From Octopus vulgaris (taxonomy: Eukaryota): DNA of 64,000 bases. Below are positions 13,091 to 24,905 of the stretch, one piece after another. The position numbers and the translations under genes were made by a program. The stretch's first letter is position 1; every line of letters starts with the position of its first letter. Location of the stretch: positions 131,874,001-131,938,000 of the forward strand of contig OX597815.1 of assembly GCA_951406725.2 (NCBI GenBank), given 5' to 3'. The notes beneath the pieces were generated by a model. The model did no database searches. It was not told the DNA's origin and saw only the letters and a program-made list of their open reading frames with translations.

Positions 13091-15459
13091 CTGTAAATCC
13101 TACATAAGCCATAGTTCACAATCCACTCTCGGTCTTCTTCATGAGATTCCGGTATCAGTTACAGTAAAGAAGCTAATTTCTAAAAATTATGTATTATAAT
13201 ATGAATGCTCGAAAACCAGATAATGAATCTGGTGAAAAACAGAAAACTAGTATAGATGCAAATACTGATTATCTTGTAAAAATACAGCATGTTGCCCGAT
13301 CTACATAGCTGTACATAATTTCACCGAGTAGGAAATTTTTATTGCAAAAGTATTAGCAGAATTATAAAATTTGTATTTTTTATCACGCTTTCTTTTGATT
13401 TCTGGACATAATGATTTTGCTCTATAAACCCAGGAGCTTCAGATGTCATGAACACCATCCTGTGGCATTACGTGGTTTATGAATCATCATTTTAGAGTTC
13501 AGTATTTGGATATTACTATATTTTTCACCAGCTCTCTTAACATTGCTCTTGAAAAAAAATCTTCCATAACTAAAAACTAAGTGTCGTAAAATGAAATGTG
13601 ATTTTTCTCTCGGATTGAGACAAACTTTAATAAAATATATTTCCATGATTTTATAAAGACGTAAAGAAAACCATTAAGTGCTATTCATATTTTGTGAATA
13701 GTTATATAAATGCTTAAGAAAATATTTTGTAAAAATTATCACATATATCATGTAGTTAGAATATTTAGTCATAAAACTATCTAAAAATTCTGCAAAATAT
13801 TATCTAAATATGTATATTGTCTAATATACAAGTGCAAATTGTTAAATTTAGTTGAGAGGAAAGAGAAGGAAAAGGAGAGATGGAGATACAGATTGAGAGA
13901 ACGAGAAATATAAGGGCCAATATGTATGCAAACTAAAGAGAAATATTCATGTTAGCAACATTTTTTGAAATGCATATGGCAGTTTGTACGAAAACTAATA
14001 TCAAAATGCATGCACTGGCACAGAGTTGTATAAATACACACACACGCACAAATACATTCAAAAACACACATACATACACTCATACACTCCCAAACACAAA
14101 CACACAGATAACGTAAGCACAAGTATACACACACAGGTCGACTGACCTGATAACATTATTGTTCAATACAGAAATACAAAAGGCCAACATAGATGTGTTA
14201 AGAATCCTTAGCACAAATATAAATCATTCTCGTCATTTTAATAATATATGGAGTAAAGAAAACATTTCCCCTTATATATTAATGAATAATTGCATTACAA
14301 AGAGAATGAAATGAAATATTTTCAAAGAATTCCGGAACAAACCAACTGAACGTCAAATACACTTAGAAAGACAGGATACTGAGCAACAACTACAAAAGGA
14401 AAATTTATTTTTCAAGAATGATATCGAGAAACCAGTAAGAAAGTTTTTCTGAATAATATTTTGACAGCTATTCATGATACAAAAACATACTTTTACAACG
14501 GATAAGAAAGAATAATATACAAAAGGCTAAGCATTATTTACATAGTAACAGGGTGCTGACGTAGGAAGACAAATTTGTTAATCTTTTAACACAGTAGAGT
14601 TTATTCTTTTGAAATTGCACTTTGTAACTAAGGAAATACGATCGAAACCGGTTCAAAACTTTTAGCTATAAGTACCCAATGCTTTTACAATTAACTTTAG
14701 AAGTAAAGACACTTCTGAACATTTATATCCCTAATTACGCCTCTTTCAGTGACCTTACATGTGTAGCGAGGTTTGTAACATTGTGTCTACCATTAATGTC
14801 GTGCTAGTTATGAGTGGTTGGTTATAGAAAACAAAAGCGCCAATAATTGCAACATAATTTTTAGTAGTTGCAAAATGTATAGATTATGCCAAGCCGAAAA
14901 TGGAAGTATATTAAGATGTTAAGAAATCATCTTCTCATCACGCAAGAAACTACGTTAACATCAGAAACGAGATTTTCACACAGTGCCCAAATGAGAGAAA
15001 GTACGTTTTTTTTTGCCTAACAAGTTTGTAAATGGTTAAATGCACAGGAATCCATCCAATTCCCCCTCTAAAATACTATTTACACAGAGTTAACTCTACT
15101 CACTAAACCACTATACATGTTTTTACTGGCGGCTAAATTAGGTTTGCAAGTGGAGTGGAGAACAAAGGGGAATAAAGTTTGATAAATACCTCGAATACTT
15201 CTCTCCAACTCCGTTCTGTATTTTTCACGCCATCCCCAAAGTGCACGTGTCTTGGATAACTGGCAAATTATGTTATATCCGGTGCCAAAGTGGGTAAATA
15301 AATATACATACATAAATTTCCTATACATACATGCATACATACATACATACATACATACATACATACATACATACATACATACATACATACATACATACAT
15401 ACATACATACATACATACATACATTCATACATACATATATACTTATATATATATGTATA

Positions 15460-15581
15460 GGTTATGAGAGGTAATGATGTCAAGAAGTCCCAAAGGTGTC
15501 AGTGCTATGGACAGACAATAGTTAAGCTCCAGGTTCGGTGATTAAGTGAATGAGGAGTCCAACGTATGTCATATATTAGCA

Positions 15582-15584
<3 letters not shown>
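15460..15584 (-). mobile_element. Family B element, distal segment (separated from 17205-17460 by nested insertion)
   Basis: Similar to 43298-43437, where it directly adjoins the family B body. Confidence 0.7.
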
Positions 15585-15637
<53 letters not shown>

Positions 15638-15755
15638 AATCAAGGAACGGCCATAATAGGCCATTCACCCACTAGAAATAACAGCCAAAAGCTTTAACCG
15701 CAAAATAACATTAATTCCGTAAACCAGGAGAAAATTGAAAAACTTTTACCCTGTA

Positions 15756-15862
15756 ATTTCTTAGACGATGCACCGTTTCATCTACCGTTTAATGGTAAAC
15801 TAACCTGATTAAATTAAATCAAGCCAATCCACCATAGGCCCTTAGACTCATCAGTAAGAAAT
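15756..15862 (-). ncRNA. Type I hammerhead ribozyme (family A, inverted arm)
   Basis: Reverse complement of the motif at 16816-16922; all core elements present. Confidence 0.85.
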
Positions 15863-16325
15863 AGCCAAGTCGGAACAGATATTTTTCACGAGGCATTCCT
15901 CTTGCTACCTCGGCAATATCTGACCTAAAATTTTCAAATCGTCGCACCCGCGCCAAATTACGGAATTAATGTTTACGGAATTAATGTTATTTTGCGGTTA
16001 AAGCTTTTGGCTGTTATTTCTAGTGGGTGAATGGCCTATTATGGCCGTTCCTTGATTGTGATGTTGAACGTAAAAATAGTTTATGACTATTTAATTTTTT
16101 CCTACTAGGCCGCTGGTGGCAAAAGAATTCTACAAAAATTTTTTTTTGCCACCCTATATTGATTAATTATGAATTTTCTGGTTAGTTCCGTAATGGAATC
16201 GGTGGCTTATATTTATTTGCTGCCGATAAATTTGGCGCGAGTGCGACGATTTGAAAATTTTAGGTCAGATATTGCCGAGGTAGCAAGAGGAATGCCTCGT
16301 GAAAAATATCTGTTCCGACTTGGCT

Positions 16326-16432
16326 ATTTCTTACTGATGAGTCTAAGGGCCTATGGCGGATTGGCTTGATTTAATTTAATCAGGTTAGTTTACCATTAAA
16401 CGGTAGATGAAACGGTGCATCGTCTAAGAAAT
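16326..16432 (+). ncRNA. Type I hammerhead ribozyme (family A, unit 1)
   Basis: Helix I ATTTCTTA/TAAGAAAT; CTGATGA 16334-16340; helix II GTCTA/TAGAT; GAAA 16409-16412; helix III CGG-TGCA-TCG; GTC triplet, predicted cut after 16424. Confidence 0.88.
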
Positions 16433-16815
16433 TACAGGGTAAAAGTTTTCAATTTTCTCCTGGTTTACGGAATTAATGTTATTTTGCGGTTAAAGCTTTT
16501 GGCTGTTATTTCTAGTGGGTGAATGGCCTATTATGGCCGTTCCTTGATTGTGATGTTGAACGTAAAAATAGTTTATGACTATTTAATTTTTTCCTACTAG
16601 GCCGCTGGTGGCAAAAGAATTCTACAAAAATTTTTTTGCCACCCTATATTGATTAATTATGAATTTTCTGGTTAGTTCCGTAATGGAATCGGTGGCTTAT
16701 ATTTATTTGCTGCTGATAAATTTGGCGCGAGTGCGACGATTTGAAAATTTTAGGTCAGATATTGCCGAGGTAGCAAGTGGAATGCCTCGTGAAAAATATC
16801 TGTTCCGACTTGGCT

Positions 16816-16922
16816 ATTTCTTACTGATGAGTCTAAGGGCCTATGGTGGATTGGCTTGATTTAATTTAATCAGGTTAGTTTACCATTAAACGGTAGATGA
16901 AACGGTGCATCGTCTAAGAAAT
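16816..16922 (+). ncRNA. Type I hammerhead ribozyme (family A, unit 2)
   Basis: Same architecture; predicted cut after 16914, 490 nt from the first. Confidence 0.88.
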
Positions 16923-17145
16923 TACAGGGTAAAAGTTTTTCAATTTTCTCCTGGTTTACGGAATTAATGTTATTTTGCGGTTAAAGCTTTTGGCTGTTAT
17001 TTCTAGTGGGTGAATGGCCTATTATGGCCGTTCCTTGATTGTGATGTTGAACGTAAAAATAGTTTATGACTATTTAATTTTTTCCTACTAGGCCGCTGGT
17101 GGCAAAAGAATTCTACAAAAATTTTTTTTTGCCACCCTATATTGA

Positions 17146-17204
<59 letters not shown>

Positions 17205-17207
<3 letters not shown>

Positions 17208-17460
17208 TTAACAGAATGAGATAAAAATCCAAGGCTGTGAAAGATTTCAGAACGTTTATATATAGAATATCCCAGCTGTTTCTGGGATATTTTATATATC
17301 CCTTCATCGGAAACGGTGAGATATGAAATAGAGAGTGAAGTGAAGGAATGAAAACAAATGGAAGATATGGAGTGATATTGTATCTGCAGTTCCATTATTT
17401 AAGCAGAATGGTATACATATGTTCCCTGAACCTTGTGTGTAAGTTCCAACTGATATGTAT
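17205..17460 (-). mobile_element. Family B pLTR-like element body with degenerate hammerhead
   Basis: Similar to 43445-43730; minus strand reads CCGATGA-AGGGATAT..ATATCCCA-GAAA-CAGCTG, with the core U4 mutated and the cleavage side disrupted. Confidence 0.7.
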
Positions 17461-17469
17461 ACCATTCTG

Positions 17470-17619
17470 CTTTGTAAGCCTAGTACTTATTCTATCGGTC
17501 TCTTTTGACGAACCGCTAAGATACGGAGACCTTAGCACACCAACATCGGTTGTCAAGCGACGGTGGAGGGACAAACACAGATACACGCATGCACACACAC
17601 ACACACACACACACACACT

Positions 17620-17683
<64 letters not shown>

Positions 17684-18019
17684 GCCAGCGATTTTTTTCC
17701 TCCGTCTTCCCTTCTCGGGATCTTTCTTTCTCCTATGTTTCCGACGAAGAGCTCCGCTCGAAACGTTAGACCCCCTTATTCCCTTCTTTCCTGAGCGTCC
17801 AATAATACTTTATTTGTTCCACGTCCTCGCGTTGCTGTGTTCTTTTGTGTTTTCTTGTTTGGTTTAACTATATATATATACATACGACAGGGTTCTTTCA
17901 ATTTCCGTTAATCAAAGTCGGCCCGAAGCTATTGTAGAAGACAGTTGCCACGCTGTCGGACTGAACCTGGAACCATATGTTGGGAAACAATCTTCTTACC
18001 ATGCAGCTACTCCTGCGCC
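17470..18019 (-). mobile_element. SINE family 1, split by an insertion in its internal microsatellite
   Basis: 3' half at 17470-17600 and tRNA-like head at 17885-18019. Confidence 0.85.
17681..17870 (+). mobile_element. Short (TA)n-flanked element with minimal hammerhead-like motif (family C)
   Basis: 17737-17771 reads GTTT-CCGACGA-AGAGC-tcc-GCTC-GAAA-CG-TT-AGAC; one core mismatch (CCGA for CTGA). Confidence 0.6.
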
Positions 18020-18058
18020 TATTTGGTAACGTATCGTATAATTTTAAGCACGGATTCA

Positions 18059-18097
<39 letters not shown>

Positions 18098-19008
18098 ATG
18101 AATTGAAAATCATACTGGAGTGGAAACTTTTTAGTACAAGGAAGTAATAGTACTTTAAAAACATCCATGTTTCTCTATTTTCTTATGCATAATAAGCTAA
18201 ATCTATTCTTTCCAAAACAGAAATATTAGATATTTCTTTTCATAATTTTAAAAAATGGCCTATAATGTATTTTAAATATACTCGCATAGAAAGAATGACA
18301 CTGTTTTTTCCATTTTAAAGAACTATTCCAAATTACTTTTCGTGTATCATAATGCATATGTTCAGTCATAATTATATATAACAGACAACGTATGTATACC
18401 AGAAAACATATACCGACAAATATATATCAAACACAATGTATATTTATAGTAGACAACATATAACATCAAATATATGATGTAGTAGTATACATATCCAACC
18501 AGAATATTTTTCGAAACGTTAACATAAACCACTAGCTTTCTACATACAGGCTCTAATTTATTTGTAGTAAACTATATTAATAAACTATAAATACGAATTG
18601 TGAAACATATTTTACTCATACAGTACTTCTTATATTTATAGAGATTTCTAATCATTACATTCATAATAGAATATAATTTTCATTTGTTTTCATGAAACAA
18701 ATGAAAACTATATTCTGTAGCATCTGGTTTTGAATGTTGCTAAACCGATATCAGTCACACATAATCGATGAGTGAAAAAAAACGATAGAGTCTTCTTAAC
18801 AAATATTTTAACAGTGTTAAAATGAATACAAGTTGCTCACATCTTTAAATAAAATATAGTGACATCATTCAACCTAATCTGTCATAGAAAAGTTACATTT
18901 GCATTGTTATGTTGTCTGAAGAAGAAATAACGCAAGTAAATGAATCCCAACACACACGTACCTCCACACTTATTCACTTTCGATATATATATATGAGTGC
19001 GTGTATGT

Positions 19009-19061
<53 letters not shown>

Positions 19062-19349
19062 CGTGTGTACCATAAGAGTTAGGTGGTATGAGAGGAGAAT
19101 ATATATTACGTGTTGCAATCACGTGGCATCCTTAAAATCGCGGCCTTCTAGTCAACTTACTCATACATTTTAGCTGTATGGACACACTATATTACACAAT
19201 TGGAATACAATGTCGAGTGTGAACCGTATCCGTAAGAGTAGATTTATTATACCCACAATGTATAATATGCATGTATATATGTACTACGTACATGTGTATG
19301 TGTGTATGTATGTATGTATGTATGTATGTATGTATGTATGTATGTATAT

Positions 19350-20030
19350 GTTCTCTTCTGGTTTTATTATTTAAGTACTTCCTTTGACGAAGGAACTAAT
19401 GTCTAATAAATATACAAAGTTCTATTGTTAAAGTATAAGTAACACAAACGTCACATTTTAATCTTGGGAAAAGTCTTGCATACTTTTATTGTTCCACTAA
19501 CAGTTCGTATTTGTAATGTGAAAATCAGTTGGTTGATTTCTTTTTCTGAAAATCCAAGCTTATCTAGACTGATAGTTAGGTATTTACTTGCAAAATCAAG
19601 TGCTCCAATTATTATGTATATAACTTTGAAATCCGGTTGTAGAAGCTGGAGGTTTAGAAGCATGTGTCCATAGTTAACTTCTTTCTCTCTGATTTTCAAT
19701 GCGATATTCACATGAGCAGGACAACTATGATGGTACATCCTTTGTTTTTTCGTCTGACCCTAGCAACAATATCCAGTATGTCATTGTTTAGGCTTGACAG
19801 ATCTTTTAATGGAACATTTCCACCCATGTTCTTTGTGTTGATGTTTCTGCATGTGTTCAATAACACCCTATACTTATTCAAGGACAATATTTTTCTGAAT
19901 GGCATTATATATTCTTTGTATTGTTTCTGCGAAAATGTATCTATAAACTGCGATGTGGTGTCCATTTATAGAAATGGAAACTGATTCACTTCAGGGAATC
20001 ATGATTAAAATGCAACTTTAGAATCATATT
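19350..20030 (-). mobile_element. RLE-type (R4-like) non-LTR retrotransposon 3' fragment, distinct family
   Basis: ..DIVA..KGCTII / SCPAHVNIALKIREKEVNYG..IIIGALD..LQIRTVSGTIKVCKTF resembles the PD-(D/E)xK RLE C-terminus; 3' end abuts (CATA)n. Confidence 0.75.
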
Positions 20031-20080
20031 TAAAAAATCACCGCCCGTCACATAATATATACATAATACTTATATACATA

Positions 20081-20457
20081 GGCGCAGGAGTGGCTGTGTG
20101 GTAAGTAGCTTGCTTACCAACCACATGGTTCTGGGTTCAGTCCCACTGCGTGGCACCTTGGGCAAGTGTCTTCTACTATAGCTTCGGGCCGACCAAAGCC
20201 TTGTGAGTGGATTTGGTAGACGGAAACTGAAAGAAGCCCGTCGTATATATGTATATATATATGTGTGTGCGTGTGTGTTTGTGTGTCTGTGTTTGTCCCA
20301 CTAGCATCGCTTGACAACCCATGCTGGTGTGTTTATGTCCCCGTCACTTAGTGGTTCGGCAAAAGAGACCGATAGAATAAGTACGGGGTCGAGTTGCTCG
20401 ACTAAAGGCGGTGCTCCAGTATGGCCGCAGTCAAATGACTGAAACAAGTAAAAGAGT
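20081..20457 (+). mobile_element. SINE family 1, near full length (tRNA head, CORE-like centre, internal microsatellite, LINE-like tail)
   Basis: A box GTGGCTGTGTGG, B box GGTTCAGTCCC, CCTTGGGCAAG motif; many copies in the window; AAAAGAGT tail. Confidence 0.92.
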
Positions 20458-20477
20458 ACATAATACATACATATACA

Positions 20478-20632
20478 GGCGTAGACGTAGCTGTGTGTTA
20501 AGTAGTTTGCTTATCAACCACATGGTTCCGGATTCACTCCCACTGTGTAGCACGTTAGGTGGCTTCCACTATAGCCCCGGGCCGACAAAACCCTTGTGAG
20601 TGGATTTAGCAGAGGGAAACTGAAAAGAAGCA

Positions 20633-20672
<40 letters not shown>

Positions 20673-20893
20673 GTGAATATATATATACATATATATATAT
20701 TATACATATATATATATATATACACATATACGACGGGCCTCTTTCATTTTCCGTCTATCAAATCCACTCACAAGGCTTTGATCTGCCCGAGGCTATAGTA
20801 GAAGACACTTGCCCAAGGTACCACGCAGTGGGACTGAACCCGGAACGATGTGGTTGGTAAGCAAGCTACTTACCACACAGCCACTCCTGCGCC
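20478..20893. mobile_element. Two convergent SINE family 1 5' halves joined at a (TA)n tract
   Basis: 20478-20640 (+, diverged) and 20731-20893 (-, close to consensus). Confidence 0.85.
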
Positions 20894-20898
20894 TATAT

Positions 20899-22010
20899 AC
20901 CAGGCGTGTATGAAAATTGTTCTGCCTCAAAAAAACAAAACATGGTACAAGACTTCTAATGATTTATTTTTCAACATACCCCCCATCGATGGCTGAACAC
21001 TTTCTCCAGCGGTGCCATTATCCCAATGTAGAAGAACTCTTATGTTTGAGACTCTAACAAACTTCTTACAGTGTTTATGACGTCATTTTCACTGGCAAAA
21101 TGGCGACAAGCCAGGTTTTTTTTCATTTTGGGGAATAGATGAAAGTTAGAGGGGTCTAAGTCTGGCGAAGAAGGCGGATAGGGAAGAAGTTCGTATCCAC
21201 AATCACGAATTGTTGTCGGCAACCACTGAGCTGCGGGTTGGAGCATTGTTGTGATGAAAAAGGACTCCTCTGTTGATAATCCCCAACCTTTTTTCTTTGA
21301 TTACTTCTCATAGGTATTCCAGTTGCTGAGAATAATACTGCCCTATCACGGTGTGACCTTTTGAAGGTAACAGACCAGCAAGAAACCTTGAGAATAAAGC
21401 GGACGCCATGACCCTGCCTTCTTTGGTGTAGGAGAAGATGTGTACTTCTACAGTTTTGATTCTTCTTTGGTTTCAAGCTGATAGTGATGAGCCCAACTTT
21501 CATGTATAGCAATGAAACGAGCAAGAAAATTCTCTGCATTGGCTTCAAACAGTTCCTGATTGCTGGTGGAGAAAGTGCACCTGGTACGTTTCTGTTCAAG
21601 AGTTAAAAGGCGAGGGACAAACCTTGGAGAAACTTTTGAGAACTCGAGATCTTTTGTCACAATGATGTCTGCTCTGACGATATGACATTAACAAGAGCGA
21701 TCTTGCATTAACATACCAAGAGCAAGGTCAAGGTTTCCTTGGTGGTTGCAGTTGGAGGTCTCCCTGGTCTGGGATCATCTTTCTCACTCTCCCTGACACA
21801 CTTGAATTCATTCATCCAGCGTTTGACTGTTGCATATGAAGGTGCATTGTCGTCTGTTAAGATTCTCACCATATCTTCAAGTATTTTTGATGAAGTCATG
21901 CCTTTCAACTGAAGGTACATTATGACTGCACTATATTCAGTTTTCTCCATTTTCCTTGTAACCTCGACATTTGTTTGTTCAAAAAAACTGCAACCCCGCA
22001 AAAATAATAA
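20899..22010 (-). mobile_element. Mariner transposon remnant
   Basis: APSYATVKRW..DDPRPGRP, FVPRLLT (WVPHEL-like), IHESWAHHY, YPPSSPDLDPSNF (YSPDLAP-like); frameshifted. Confidence 0.92.
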
Positions 22011-22019
22011 TAAATAGAT

Positions 22020-22612
22020 CAAATAAAAATACCAGAATCATGAAAATGAGTAAGGATACTCCGAAAAGACTGTACTCAAGAGGTATCCATCATAGGACTA
22101 CCTACACGCTAGAGAGGACAGTTGAATTCCAAACCACTATTAGGGATAAAATTTCGAAGAGAATGAAAGATAAAAACATTTACTATCTAACTCCTTGATC
22201 ACTGCGCGGTAGATTTGAAAAAAAATAGAATGTATAATCACGGGGCATATACTGGATTGCTTCGTGTATATATATATATATATATATATATAATCTAAGG
22301 TATACCAGCTGAAGAAGGCTTCGCCTAGCAAATTATTTTATTTGCTAAAAACAGTCTGAAACCATTGGTCCAGGAGTTAGATGGTAAATGTTTATAGATT
22401 TTCATTTCCTTCGAAATTTTATCCCAAATAGTGGTTTGCAATTTAACTGTCCTCTCTAGTGTGCAGGTAGCCCTATGATGGATACCTCTTCTGTGTTTAA
22501 ATGTACACTGTATTTATATGAATAATATATAGTCTATTGACTAAACCTTTACACGGTAGGCCACTGGTAATGGAAATTTCTAATATTTCAGATTACCCTT
22601 TGTTATTATTAA
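22020..22612. mobile_element. Family E: inverted pair of pLTR-like repeats around (TA)n, right copy with hammerhead
   Basis: 22079-22200 is an imperfect inverted repeat of 22367-22490. Confidence 0.7.
22305..22374 (+). ncRNA. Type I hammerhead-like motif (family E)
   Basis: CCAG-CTGAAGA-AGGCT..TAGCAAAT/ATTTGCTA..AGTCT-GAAA-CCATTGG-TC-CAGG; helix I has one mismatch. Confidence 0.6.
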
Positions 22613-22614
22613 TT

Positions 22615-22647
<33 letters not shown>

Positions 22648-22975
22648 CATACATAAAAACACACACACACATATATATACACACAATTACACACACACTA
22701 ACATATATATATGTATATAAGCATACACGAGTTACGCAAAGCCATAGATGAGATCCGAGCTACATATGTTTCCTAGCGAGCGGAACCTCAGAAGTGGCAA
22801 GTATCCAAGTGAGGTGTATACCATAGGCTACTCTTCAGGCCAAGGATATCTTGATTAAATGAAAGTTTACATTGCCTCAAGGACGTACATGCCTCAAGGA
22901 CGTACGTGTGCGTGTGCGTGCATGTGTGTGTGTGTGTGGTTTGTGTGTGTGTATGTATGTGTGTGTGTGTGCGTT

Positions 22976-23026
<51 letters not shown>

Positions 23027-24336
23027 ATATATACATAATACATAAATATTTCTTTCTGAAATCGACTTCTGCTGTGTAATCACGAATTTATGAAGAGAGA
23101 ATCAAAATACAGATCTATTTTCAAATTAAAAATGTAAATAATGTACATAGTCGCACAATTTTTTCCTTACTTTTTAATTAGAAAAACAAAGTATTGATAT
23201 ATAGACAGAGAGATAAATAGATTATAGAGAAAGACGAGAAAGAGAGAGGAGGGTGAGAGAAAGGCACAGGAGAGAGAGTGTAGCCAGAGAGAGCGCTGGG
23301 AGTGAGGCAACAGTGATAGAGAGAGAGGTGAGAGAGTGGCGAGAGTGAGAGAGAGGTGAGAATTAGAGATGACAGAGACGAGAGAGGGCGAGAGAGAGAA
23401 GAGAGAAAGAAAACACAAAGGATAGAATTGCTTTTACCATCATAATCCTCGATATATATGGTTATATAGATACGGGGGTGGATGTATGTATATGAATAAA
23501 TAAAACTGTAAATGCCTCGTTAGAAATAATGTTCAGACATATTGCCACTTCACTTAATGGGGAAATTATTTCGCGTTTTTGTTCATCTAAACAACCACTT
23601 TCACTAAATATTATTTAACAGTCTCCGAAAATATAGCTCAAGGTATTTTCTACACGCAAATTCCCTCTTTATTTCACTTATTATCAAACATTTCTTATTT
23701 GTGTTTTTACTTCCATCGAATAATTTTATGAAATATCTTACACAATATGAGAAAATATTTTCTTTGTAAATCTCCGTGCATTTATCTCATAAAATGAAAG
23801 AATAAGTGAGATTTTTTTCACTTTTCATTAATACAAAATAATTTACCAGTATCTATTTAACTTTATTGCTGAAATATTAAGAATATCGGATGTATAACAT
23901 TAAAATAATGGCTACTTTGTAAGAGAGTAAATTTACTGTTAACTATTTCTAGAGTGACGTTCATGTACACACCAGTTGTGACAGTTTGATCAAAAACTAT
24001 AACACAAAAGAAACTGATACTTCGCACTAAATATTCAAATAACGAAAACACATTATACAATTACTGTGTAATGTTTTCGAAATTATGTGTGTATGTGTGT
24101 ATGTATGTATGTAGGTAAGTAAGTAGGTAGGTAGATAGGTAGGTAGGTAGGTAGGTAAGTAGGTAGGTAAGTAGGTAGGTTGGTAGGTAGGTTGGTAGGT
24201 AGGTAGGTAAGTAGGTAGGTAGTTAGGTAGGTAGGTATGCATGCATGTATGTATGTTTGCATGCATGTATGTTTGTATGTATGTATATATTCATATGTAT
24301 ATATATATATATATCAATTAACGAGGCACAAAATAT

Positions 24337-24905
24337 TCTTTTCTACTCTAAACACAAGGCCCGAAATTTTGGGTAGAGGGCCAGTCGATTAGATCGATCT
24401 CAGCACGCAACTCGTACTTAATTTATCGACCCCAAAAGGATGGAAGGCAAAGTCGACCTCGGTGGAATTTGAACTCAGAACGTTAAGAAAGACGAAATAC
24501 CTATTACTTTACTACCCACAAGGGGCTAAACACAAAGAGGACAAACAAGGACAGACAAACGGATTAAGTCGATTATATCGACTCCAGTGCGTAACTGGTA
24601 CTTATTTAATCGACCCCCAAAAGGATGAAAGGCAAAGTCGACCTCGGCGGAATTTGAACTCAGAACGTAGCGGCAGACGAAATACATATTTCTTTACTAT
24701 TCACAAGGGGCTAAACACAGAGAGGAGGACAAACAAAGACAGACAAACATCGACCCCAGTGCGTAAGTGGTACTTAATTTATCGACCCCGAAAGGATGAA
24801 AGACAAAGTGACCTCGGCAGAATTTGAACTCAGAACGTAACGACAGACGAAATACTGCTAAGCATTACACCCGGCGTGCTAACGTTTCTGCCAGCTCACC
24901 GCCTT
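24337..24905 (-). mobile_element. SINE family 2 (MetaSINE-like), three head-to-tail copies
   Basis: Split tRNA-like head (GCTGGCAGAA..GAGTTCAAATTC) and GCCTTTCATCC..GGGGTCGAT..AAGTACC central domain repeated three times. Confidence 0.85.

Larger units (their letters stand above)
15633..17150 (+). mobile_element. Retrozyme-like / PLE pLTR-derived non-autonomous element (family A): fold-back arm plus ~2.4 tandem 490-bp units
   Basis: Near-identical direct repeats offset by 490 bp; 15633-15958 is an inverted copy; (TA)n on both sides; one hammerhead per full unit and one in the arm. Confidence 0.85.

Noticed and set aside
16169-16859. Duplicated 66-aa ORFs (16169-16369, 16659-16859)
   Set aside because: By-product of the 490-bp repeat; no recognisable domain, overlaps the ribozyme, and the 34-kb copy lacks the ORF start.
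15958-17150. CRISPR-like array interpretation of the tandem repeats
   Set aside because: Long identical units, no unique spacers, no cas genes, eukaryotic context.
20081-20152. tRNA-like sequences at SINE heads (also 26530, 34827, 35135)
   Set aside because: A/B boxes run into SINE bodies without a complete cloverleaf; not tRNA genes.
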